In this document: piece after piece, positions 38,397 to 46,536 of the stretch | How positions within the stretch are numbered: the first letter of the stretch is position 1 | Layout of the letters: every line of letters begins with the position of its first letter | Assembly (NCBI GenBank): GCA_964594455.1 | Contig: CAZQLY010000010.1 | Coordinates: forward strand, 1 to 51,853 | Source of the DNA: an uncultured Gammaproteobacteria bacterium | GTDB taxonomy: Bacteria; Patescibacteriota; Patescibacteriia; JAHIZJ01 | Direction of reading: 5' to 3' | Length of the DNA: 51,853 bases | The notes under the pieces: generated by a model | What the model saw: only the letters and a program-made list of their open reading frames with translations | What the model was told of the DNA's origin: nothing | Databases searched by the model: none | Program-made: the position numbers and the translations under genes

Positions 38397-38879
38397 TTAC
38401 AAAAGATTATCTACAATAAATTTCAGCTCAGGATGAAACTTTTCTCCAGCCTCGATCATTTCTTTGATCTTGTCTATTGAAAAAAACTCCACCTTTTCCA
38501 CCTCCTCTTTGTTAACATTAAACTTTCCGGAATAAATTACTTTGTAGGTAGTCAAAAACTTTTTATTACCTCTAGTATCTTTATATATGTCCTTTGAGAA
38601 ATATTCAAAAGGCATTTTCAAACCTAGCTCTTCATACAACTCTCGTTGAGCTGCCTCTTCATATGTTTCACCAGCATGGACATGTCCGCCGGCAGTCGTG
38701 CTCCAGTAGCCCGGGGCAAAGGCCAGGTTTTTGTTTCTCAGCTGCAAGCCCAATCTACCCGCTTCATCAAATACCAAAACATGGACTATCCGGTGAGTAG
38801 GAAACTCATCATAAATAGCCTCGCGTTCTCTCTGACCGATTACTTCATCATTGTCGTTAACAATATCTAGCAGTTCCAT
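38397..38879 (-). CDS. NUDIX hydrolase (Idi/YfcD-like)
   Basis: GGHVHAGETYEEAAQRELYEELG Nudix box. Confidence 0.92.
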   Translation of the reverse strand: MELLDIVNDNDEVIGQREREAIYDEFPTHRIVHVLVFDEAGRLGLQLRNKNLAFAPGYWSTTAGGHVHAGETYEEAAQRELYEELGLKMPFEYFSKDIYKDTRGNKKFLTTYKVIYSGKFNVNKEEVEKVEFFSIDKIKEMIEAGEKFHPELKFIVDNLL

Positions 38880-40696
38880 TATTGGTAGATATTATTTTCT
38901 ATTGTCTTAATCAAAGCCATTAGGGCGTGCTGGGTATAATCTATGCGTTGATCATTCGCTGTTAGGGAAAACTTAAATCCGCCTACTGTTCTTTTTGAAT
39001 TAACCACATAAAACGCGCTTTCTTCGGTGAATTGCGTGTTGAGTATGAACGGCACGCTAAGTTGGATGGCCTCTAAATATTTTTTCTCATGTTTTTTGTC
39101 ACCGATCAGCCGAGCTAATAGATAAGCATCATTAATCCCTTCTGTTTGCGTGGAGGTGTTTAATCTGGGATCTTTTTTGGGAAATCCTCCTATCTGGTCG
39201 GGATATCGACTCTTGGTAATAAAGTGGTGATCTAATATCCAATCAATCATTTCAAAAACAAAATCAGCTACTTCGGTCTTGCCTGTTTCCTGAAACAAAA
39301 GATAATTAGCCTGCGTATGCCAAGGAATAAATGATGTGTTTTTATTGTCCCTCCAATAATCACGATAGTATTCAAAACCCTTCTCTACCGACTTCAAATA
39401 CTTTTCTTCACCGGTAGCTTGGTAAACTTTCATCAGGGCTAACATAGCTTCGCCCGGATAATAATCGACTCCAGTATTCTTTGAAGAATTGAAATAAGTT
39501 TGATAGGAACCATCTCCGTTCTGCTGAGCTAATATTCCATCAGCCAGTTTTTGAATCCATTTTTCCGTATCAGGAAACTTATCAAACTCCAATAAAGTCA
39601 TCAGGATAAAAGCATTATAACACAGCTTGGATTCTCCTTCTTCCCAGATGTAGCAGTAGTCATCATTACAACGACTGAGATCAATATAATAATCTAGGGT
39701 TGATTTAATTATTGAATCGAGAGAATCAATACCTAAAAAATCCTGCAGTCTGGATATAGCCCAAGCAGTCGCTAGTTGACGGGTGTGATTTTGGTCTGTG
39801 GAATAGCTATTGTCATTAGGGAAGTATCGATATTCCAACATGCCCGTGCTAAGCTTAACATTATTCAGGAGCCAATCTGGGATTAATTCCAATCTTGCTT
39901 GTATTAGTTCATTATCAATTTCAGCTGGATCAATTAAAACATTATACCGATATAGGTTAACCGGTTTCTGGTCTCGGATAGCCAGAAATTGTAAATCATC
40001 AAATTGATATATTTCAGCCCGCGGGTCAGAATAACAGTTTTCATCAAGATCACCCTTTTTGCATAATTGCTCCAATGTTTTTTCCAAAGTATAGCGTTTA
40101 GTAATAGGCACTGAGGCCTTGAAAAAAGCTTCTCGCTGACCATCTAAATATAGTTCTAAGGAATGAATGCCTAACTCGATTTCATCTTCCAAGTCTTTGA
40201 ACGAAGTGGGAGCTAGTTTTTTGTTATACGAAACATCAAAGACTATTTTAATATCATCCAGTTCTGTTTTGCTGATTACACCACCAAATCTTTTGTCGTT
40301 AACGCAGCGTTCAACCGCTTCTTCAAGATCCTTGCGAGTACGCTCTGGCTCACTGATGTCAAACCAGCCTTTTTGCGAGCAACGAACAGATCCATTATTT
40401 AAAAAAGTGAGATAGATAGAATCATACCCTTCTAATTCCGGCACGTTGAAATACTTATCATCAGCCTTATCAAACATTCTATCCAGATACCAATAAACGT
40501 ATTGAACGTAGATTTCTTTATCTGATTCGAGAATTTCTAAATCACCTTTTTTTGACTCAAACATTTGAGACAATACGTTCGGTTCTCCATCATTGGACAG
40601 CTCTATCGGGTTAATAACGGTAAAATAACCGATTCCACCAATAAGAATCAGCAATGTTAGAAATGAGGGTAAAAAATGTCTGGCTAAAAAATTCAT
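38879..40696 (-). CDS. Membrane-anchored protein, AMMECR1-like N-domain plus alpha/alpha-barrel C-domain
   Basis: N-terminal TM; DKRFG, LGIHSL and LCKK AMMECR1-like motifs; YYPGEAMLAL and RIDYTQHAL helical-barrel motifs. Confidence 0.65.
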   Translation of the reverse strand: MNFLARHFLPSFLTLLILIGGIGYFTVINPIELSNDGEPNVLSQMFESKKGDLEILESDKEIYVQYVYWYLDRMFDKADDKYFNVPELEGYDSIYLTFLNNGSVRCSQKGWFDISEPERTRKDLEEAVERCVNDKRFGGVISKTELDDIKIVFDVSYNKKLAPTSFKDLEDEIELGIHSLELYLDGQREAFFKASVPITKRYTLEKTLEQLCKKGDLDENCYSDPRAEIYQFDDLQFLAIRDQKPVNLYRYNVLIDPAEIDNELIQARLELIPDWLLNNVKLSTGMLEYRYFPNDNSYSTDQNHTRQLATAWAISRLQDFLGIDSLDSIIKSTLDYYIDLSRCNDDYCYIWEEGESKLCYNAFILMTLLEFDKFPDTEKWIQKLADGILAQQNGDGSYQTYFNSSKNTGVDYYPGEAMLALMKVYQATGEEKYLKSVEKGFEYYRDYWRDNKNTSFIPWHTQANYLLFQETGKTEVADFVFEMIDWILDHHFITKSRYPDQIGGFPKKDPRLNTSTQTEGINDAYLLARLIGDKKHEKKYLEAIQLSVPFILNTQFTEESAFYVVNSKRTVGGFKFSLTANDQRIDYTQHALMALIKTIENNIYQ

Positions 40697-40775
40697 ATTT
40701 CTGTCTAATTATAGCAGAAACGAAATAATAAAAAAACGGCGTCCTCAATTAAGAGATCCGCCGGTTTTGAGCTGT

Positions 40776-42128
40776 TCACGCCTTGGCTGCGGGCGCAAAC
40801 TGCTCCAGTTCGCTCTCCAGTGTCTGGTCGCCCACGACCTTCAGGCTGTAGGTAACCCGGGTATTGTCACCTGGGATCTCAACCACCCGCCGCAGATCGA
40901 TCGGAGTGCCGATCACTACTGTGTCGACTTCGCCGGAATCAACTGCGGCCTGGATCGTGTCCCGGAGATCAGCCATCTGTTGTTCTCCATAGCCCATAGC
41001 TGGCAAAAGCACGCCGATCCCAGGATAGGTTTCGAAAGTGCCCTTGAGTGACCCTTGGAGGTAAGGACGAGGATCAACGATACTGGCTGCGCCATACTTC
41101 TTGGCGGCCACGGTGCCGGCACCCGTCTTCATACCGCCGTGCGTACAGGTCGGTCCGTCTTCGACCACCAGTACACGCTTGCCGTTGATCAGTAGAGGAT
41201 TATCGGCAACCACCGGGGACTTAGCCGTGATGATGGTGGCACTCGGATTGTGGTCCTTGATAACTCCCTCCATCTGGCGAATGTCCGCCTGTGCGGCTGA
41301 ATCAACCTTGTTGATGATTACCACGTTGGCCATCAGTAGATTGATGAAGCCGGGATAGTACTCGGTCTCATGACCCAGCCTCAGCGGATCAACTACCACG
41401 ATCAGCAGATCCGGCCGGTAGAACGAGGTGTCGTTGTTACCGCCGTCCCAGACGATCACATCGGCTTCCTTCTCGGCCTCGGCTAAGATATCACCGAAAT
41501 CAACTCCGGCAAAGATCGGACGACCTTCAGCGATATGAGGCTCGTATTCCTCCATCTCTTCGATCGTACACCGCTGCTCCGTGAGATCCTCAATCATACC
41601 AAACCGCTGACAACGCTGGAAATTGAGGTCGCCGTCATAGGGCATCGGGTGCCTGATCGGAACCACTCGATGTCCCTGGCTTTGGAGAATCCGACACACC
41701 TCGCGGGATGTCTGACTCTTGCCGCAGCCGGTCCGGACCGCACACACCGCCACCACCGGTTTTGATGACCGAATCATAGTCTCGATTGGAGAGAGAAGAG
41801 TGAATCTCGCTCCAGCCGCATTGACTCTCGACCCGATCTGCATCACCCGATTATGTGGCAGATCTGAGTAGGAAAAGACCGCTTCATCCACGCCCCTCTC
41901 ATGGATAAGCTGGGACAAGCCAGCCTCGTCCACGATAGGAATCCCGTCGGGATAAAGCCGACCAGCTAGCTCGGATGGATAGACACGTCCCTCAATCCCC
42001 GGAATCTGGGCAGCGGTGAAGGCAACAACTTCCACAAACGGATCGCCCCGAAAGACGACATTGAAGTTGTGGAAATCGCGTCCTGCCGCACCAATGATAA
42101 CTACCCTGCGTCGACCACTCATGGACAT
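40776..42128 (-). CDS. Arginine synthetase ArcE-like / cDPG synthetase-related P-loop protein
   Basis: IGAAGRDFHNFN, AVRTGCGKSQT, RHPMPY, CTIEEMEEYEPH, WDGGNND and EDGPTCTHGGM motifs. Confidence 0.85.
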   Translation of the reverse strand: MSMSGRRRVVIIGAAGRDFHNFNVVFRGDPFVEVVAFTAAQIPGIEGRVYPSELAGRLYPDGIPIVDEAGLSQLIHERGVDEAVFSYSDLPHNRVMQIGSRVNAAGARFTLLSPIETMIRSSKPVVAVCAVRTGCGKSQTSREVCRILQSQGHRVVPIRHPMPYDGDLNFQRCQRFGMIEDLTEQRCTIEEMEEYEPHIAEGRPIFAGVDFGDILAEAEKEADVIVWDGGNNDTSFYRPDLLIVVVDPLRLGHETEYYPGFINLLMANVVIINKVDSAAQADIRQMEGVIKDHNPSATIITAKSPVVADNPLLINGKRVLVVEDGPTCTHGGMKTGAGTVAAKKYGAASIVDPRPYLQGSLKGTFETYPGIGVLLPAMGYGEQQMADLRDTIQAAVDSGEVDTVVIGTPIDLRRVVEIPGDNTRVTYSLKVVGDQTLESELEQFAPAAKA

Positions 42129-42210
42129 TCCTCCCTAGGTTTTTCAGCCCTACTATCCCTAGTATTTGGGACAGTCTGTTTCGCGAACACAAAAAAAGAG
42201 CAAGTAGATA

Positions 42211-42239
42211 AACTTACTAAGTATTTTGGCTATTGTCAA
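42211..42239 (-). promoter_or_regulatory. sigma70-type promoter
   Basis: TTGACA-N17-TAAGTT followed by TGCTCTTTT. Confidence 0.55.
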
Positions 42240-42325
42240 CCCGGATTTATTACTTTCTAATCTATCTCAAAATATTTCTTTTTATGGACGCAAAATACTT
42301 GATCAGCGTTCTTCCCGCTATTTTT

Positions 42326-42872
42326 TTATTCAAACAAATTATGCACTTTGTCCCAATCAAAATATTGATATGGTGATTTGTGATATTTATCTGGCAAGCC
42401 GGCTTTGATCGGATTCTGCTTTATATAATTGACAATGGCTTCAATATATTCATCGGTGTTAACAATCCGAGCATAAAAACGTTGTTGCCATACCGAGTAT
42501 GGGATACCATGTTTATTTCTCAGTTCATTTATGAAATATGATTTAATGGTATTATATTAATTGTGAAATGTTGTATCCTGCCGATTTTTCCAGCGCAGGC
42601 GCAGAGACCGGCGCTGGGTTTGATATTATATTACTCCGAGCGCAACTCTCTGTGGTTGCGCTCATGTTTTTAATCGAATTAACCAACAAATGCACGTGAT
42701 CAGGCATTATTTGGAACGAGAGAATGTTATATTGTTTTAAATTACCTGATTTGAAAATGATACAAGATAATAAATTTGCGTATTCGGTTTTTTCAAATAT
42801 TGAAACATTTTCTTTTGCCTTAAACGTCACGAAATATGGGTATTTGTCTTGGTATATTCTGCGTTGAGTCAT
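42326..42872 (-). pseudogene. REP-associated tyrosine transposase (RAYT/Y1), frameshifted
   Basis: YFVTF and IMPDHVHLL in the first frame; after a 1-nt shift at about 42551 it continues WQQRFYARI...NYIKQNPIKAGL to a stop at 42326. Confidence 0.85.
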
Positions 42873-42946
42873 AAAAAAACGGGAATGTTTTATTGCCCGC
42901 CATCTTCAAAATATCAATTTTTTATTATTTTATCAAGTGATTTTAA

Positions 42947-43333
42947 TTACTCTCTATTATTATAATATTTCTTTCTATGAACGCAATATATTTGACCATC
43001 CTTCTTCCAGCGCTTCTGCTCACGTTTAACAAACTTCCTGACCCCATTTTCCCGGATAAACTCCAAATTTTCAAGCATACTCATGCCATACTTTGTCCGA
43101 TATCTTTTATCAAGATTCTTTAGCCTCCGGCAAGGATAATTTTCACACCCATCAGAACAAAACCTCATATTCTTTTTTTTCAATATCTGACAACTTCTGA
43201 TAATACATTTCCTCCCATAACTGGACTCGTAGGCATCCATTTTTCTGCAACCAGAACATCTATTGTTTTCCCTGAGATAACCCAGACAAATTCCACAATT
43301 CATTCCACAGGGAGCTATCAATTCTTGTTTCAT
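42947..43333 (-). CDS. DUF3795-type cysteine-rich protein
   Basis: APCGMNCGIC, CSGC, CIIRSC, FC..C..YPC motifs. Confidence 0.8.
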   Translation of the reverse strand: MKQELIAPCGMNCGICLGYLRENNRCSGCRKMDAYESSYGRKCIIRSCQILKKKNMRFCSDGCENYPCRRLKNLDKRYRTKYGMSMLENLEFIRENGVRKFVKREQKRWKKDGQIYCVHRKKYYNNRE

Positions 43334-43336
43334 GTA

Positions 43337-44191
43337 CTATTGAACTACACCCTGTATTAAATCAACAACATATTCCATTGACCCATCGTTTAAGATCAAA
43401 ACATCATAGAGTTTCTCATACTCTGTTAATCGTTCGTTAACTTCCTCGTTTAAAAATCCAACTTTTATCAAATTGTCATAATCAAAACCTGTGATCATTC
43501 CCACGTCCCCAATACTGTCTCCTAATAAAATAACATTAGTGCGCTTCCTAACCTGGTCATAGAAGGGTAAGTTTCTGACTACGGTTTCATCCTTGTTCAG
43601 AGTGTGTACGATCGGCTGTTCTACCTTGACTGCTTTCCTGTTTTCGTCCCATTCAAAAGCATTACCCACGATATAAATGTTGGGGTAGAGTCGACCCTGT
43701 CTCTTTAAATACAATTTGATCGCATCATTGCCCAAGCCACTCGAGGATAATATGATAATCGGAATCTTGCTCTCGGCTAATAAATCTAGCAGCTCAGGCG
43801 AATCCGTTCTAAATTCTATCAGACCTGACTCAACGACACTTTCTATATCCTTCCGGGAAAGTCCGGATTCAATCAGTAATTTGAAATGAGTAGTCCACCA
43901 TTCCTTCATGGCTCGCCTCTTCTCATCAAGGGAAATGGTCGGATCGTGTTCAATCTTGTTATATTTTTCGTACAGAGCTTTGGCCTTAGCTGGATAATCA
44001 GGCGTTAAATAGTTATGATCACGCAGAACCGAAATGAGTGAAGGCACTTTTTTCCCTTTGACAAACGCCTTGGTCAAAGTCCGATCAAAATCAGCCAGGA
44101 CATGGATTTTTTCTGGCCCATCTTTAATCATGGATGCTCTGACCGTTTCAATCAGTTCTGGGTTCACTTCGATTATTTTTTGTGAAGCCAT
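43337..44191 (-). CDS. Pyrimidine 5'-nucleotidase (cN-III/NT5C3-like HAD)
   Basis: ADFDRTLT, MKEWW, LLGDSIGDVGM and KVGFLN motifs. Confidence 0.88.
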   Translation of the reverse strand: MASQKIIEVNPELIETVRASMIKDGPEKIHVLADFDRTLTKAFVKGKKVPSLISVLRDHNYLTPDYPAKAKALYEKYNKIEHDPTISLDEKRRAMKEWWTTHFKLLIESGLSRKDIESVVESGLIEFRTDSPELLDLLAESKIPIIILSSSGLGNDAIKLYLKRQGRLYPNIYIVGNAFEWDENRKAVKVEQPIVHTLNKDETVVRNLPFYDQVRKRTNVILLGDSIGDVGMITGFDYDNLIKVGFLNEEVNERLTEYEKLYDVLILNDGSMEYVVDLIQGVVQ

Positions 44192-44192
44192 A

Positions 44193-44513
44193 TTAACCTT
44201 CCTTAGTTCTCTTTAAAACCCCGCTGATCCTCTTATACTCCCGTCTTTTATTCTTGGCCATTTTTTTCTCAATCTCTGTACCCAAATCAATACCCAATAT
44301 TTCAGCCAAACTCAACAGATAAATCACCACGTCAGCGATCTCTTCTCCCAGATCGGGCAATTTCTTGCGATAAGCCTCATAGGCTTCGGCTAATTCCCCG
44401 TAGATATAGCAAAACTCACGTTCAATATCTTTAACATTAAAGCCTTGCTTGATTTTGTGCTGATAAATTTCTTTTTGGAGTTTTTTTAGATTGTTTAACA
44501 TATCATTTGTCAA
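44193..44513 (-). CDS. MazG-like nucleotide pyrophosphohydrolase
   Basis: GELAEAYEA...GEEIADVVIYL. Confidence 0.85.
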   Translation of the reverse strand: MTNDMLNNLKKLQKEIYQHKIKQGFNVKDIEREFCYIYGELAEAYEAYRKKLPDLGEEIADVVIYLLSLAEILGIDLGTEIEKKMAKNKRREYKRISGVLKRTKEG

Positions 44514-44563
44514 TTATTTTACAATTATAACATTATCCAGACAATATCGAAATGAGCGCATAG

Positions 44564-44797
44564 CTACTTACGCATCAACACCCTCGCGACGATATCTTGT
44601 CTTTCTGAAAACTGCTTTAATATTTCCTCAAGCGGCAGTTCTTTTTTTAATAACACGTATGCCTTATACCGCAAACCCAATTCTTCCAGTTCGGTTTCGG
44701 ACAATATATAAAATAAAAGGTGAAGGACTAGCTCCGGTTTTTTTAAATCGGCCAGTTTTTCGGCAAATTTATTCAAATTATTTTGATTATTGGCCAT
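44564..44797 (-). CDS. TrpR/YerC-like small HTH protein
   Basis: ILSETELEELGLR...LLKK..PLEEI...IVARV pattern; ATG at 44797. Confidence 0.55.
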   Translation of the reverse strand: MANNQNNLNKFAEKLADLKKPELVLHLLFYILSETELEELGLRYKAYVLLKKELPLEEILKQFSERQDIVARVLMRK

Positions 44798-44798
44798 A

Positions 44799-44865
44799 TG
44801 TTGCCTAATTAGGTAACACTTAACCAAGCATAATATAAATTTCCATGTTACCTGTCAAGGTAACT
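44799..44865. promoter_or_regulatory. Two palindromic operator-like sites
   Basis: TGTTGCCT-aatt-AGGTAACA (44799-44818) and TGTTACCT-gtca-AGGTAACT (44846-44865); the second overlaps a minus-strand TTGACA-N17-TATTAT promoter. Confidence 0.7.
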
Positions 44866-44919
44866 TATCCACAAGATCTTTTACAATAAAATGGTATAAT
44901 TAGATCTGAAGAATTATAA

Positions 44920-45267
44920 ATGATAGGAAAATTAATCAACATCTTCAGAGTTAATAATAGAATCGGGGTGGTGGACCTGGCAAACAAGCTTCAGATCAGC
45001 CGTGTGTCTCTTTTTCGCATTGAAAACGGCCTGCGTCAGCCATCGGAAAAAACCGCTATTCGAGCATTCAAAATTCTGGGCTTGAACGAAGAAGAAATTT
45101 ACCATGTTTTTGTCTTTAACGATCTGCTGGCCCGGGGCGAAATATCAGCCGGCGCCAGAAATAGAGAAGCCTCGGCGTTTCTGGACAGATTGATTAAAAA
45201 AGACAAAAATAGTAAAATTATCTATAGTTACTTCAAACGCGCTCTTAATGCCAAAAGAAATGCCTAA
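44920..45267 (+). CDS. XRE-family HTH regulator
   Basis: DLANKLQISRVSLFRIENGLRQPS. Confidence 0.85.
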   Translation: MIGKLINIFRVNNRIGVVDLANKLQISRVSLFRIENGLRQPSEKTAIRAFKILGLNEEEIYHVFVFNDLLARGEISAGARNREASAFLDRLIKKDKNSKIIYSYFKRALNAKRNA

Positions 45268-45706
45268 ATCCGCAAAAAACAAAAAGAAGCCCAAAAAAGG
45301 CAAAATCCTATTTGTTGAAGACGATAGGTTTCTCGCGGAAATGTTCCGGCAGAAACTGACGATTGACGGCTACCAGCCTGTTATCGCTCACACGGCCGTT
45401 TCAGCAGTTTTGGCTTTGCGCGATGAAAGCCCAGACGCCGTGGTACTGGACGTGGTCCTGCCCGATTCTGAATGCTGGATGATCGTGGAATATCTGCGCC
45501 GTAAGAAAGGCACCCGGCCCATGCCAATACTAATACTTACCAATTGGGATAATCCGGAATACCGGCGCAAAGCCCGTGATTTGAAAGCCGACGCTTTCGT
45601 GGTCAAAGCCAACACCGATCCCCAACAGCTGGTTGAAATGATGGAAAAGCTGATAGCCGAATACAAAAAACGGCAAAAAGCCGCCGGATACAAAACGCGG
45701 TCCTGA
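45248..45706 (+). CDS. Stand-alone response regulator receiver
   Basis: VEDD, VLDVVLP, ILTN and VVK motifs; start may be 45260. Confidence 0.88.
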   Translation: MPKEMPKSAKNKKKPKKGKILFVEDDRFLAEMFRQKLTIDGYQPVIAHTAVSAVLALRDESPDAVVLDVVLPDSECWMIVEYLRRKKGTRPMPILILTNWDNPEYRRKARDLKADAFVVKANTDPQQLVEMMEKLIAEYKKRQKAAGYKTRS

Positions 45707-45729
45707 GATCCGCGCCTTTCTGCGCTTGC

Positions 45730-46107
45730 TTATTGAACTATTTTTTTAATCCTTTCCATCATTTCCCGCAAGGGAATTTTTGATTTGACAATGAAATCCA
45801 GAGCGCCCAAATCCATGGCCTTTTTTGCCAAATCATGCTTGTCCAGATTTGTAACGATAACAGCCGGAATCTGTTTTGTTTTCGGATTCCCTTTCAATTT
45901 TTCTAAAACCTCAATGCCTCCCATACCAGTCATTAAGAGATCAATTAGGACTATATCGGGCTGGCTTTTTTCGGCCAGCTTCAGCCCCTTCTGGCCATTA
46001 TCCGCTGAAATAAAATCATACCCATCAAGCTCGAATTTCGTCTTGTAGAGCAGTATCTGGTCTTTATCGTCTTCAATGAGAAGTATTTTAACCATAATCA
46101 GCTTCAT
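45730..46107 (-). CDS. Stand-alone response regulator receiver
   Basis: IEDD, LIDLLM, VTN and IVK motifs. Confidence 0.92.
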   Translation of the reverse strand: MKLIMVKILLIEDDKDQILLYKTKFELDGYDFISADNGQKGLKLAEKSQPDIVLIDLLMTGMGGIEVLEKLKGNPKTKQIPAVIVTNLDKHDLAKKAMDLGALDFIVKSKIPLREMMERIKKIVQ

Positions 46108-46146
46108 TATACACCTTATGGCGCTGAATATCCAGGTTTGGTCAAT

Positions 46147-46536
46147 CTACCTCTTATATAACAGCCGTTTGACCTTTTCTACCAATTCTGACGGCGTTAA
46201 ATCAGCTTTTATGATGTAGCCAGCTGATCCCAGATTTCTGGCTTGTTCCATAGCCTCGTTTTTTACCAGATTGGTAAGCACCAATACGGGTATCGCTTTA
46301 ATTCCCGCGTCTTTTTTTAATTCCTTTAATATATCCATGCCGTTTTCTCCTACCAGAATCAAGTCCAACAATATCAGGTCGGGCCGGTACGTATTGGCGG
46401 ATTTTATTCCCTCGCTGCCGGTTCTAACGGCGATGAAATTAAAACCTTCCAGTTCGAACTTGGCTTTGTACATGGCGATCTGGTCGGGATCGTCTTCGAT
46501 CAGGAGAATTTTAGGTTCATGATTATGCATAATCAT
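46147..46536 (-). CDS. Stand-alone response regulator receiver
   Basis: IEDD, LLDLIL, LTN and IIK motifs; ATGA overlap with the kinase stop. Confidence 0.92.
   Translation of the reverse strand: MIMHNHEPKILLIEDDPDQIAMYKAKFELEGFNFIAVRTGSEGIKSANTYRPDLILLDLILVGENGMDILKELKKDAGIKAIPVLVLTNLVKNEAMEQARNLGSAGYIIKADLTPSELVEKVKRLLYKR

Noticed and set aside
44865-44873. Perfect DnaA box TTATCCACA as a replication origin
   Set aside because: Single copy with no cluster and no dnaA/dnaN nearby; expected by chance
44564-45267. Prophage cI/cro switch
   Set aside because: No integrase, replication or structural phage genes nearby; the context is two-component signalling
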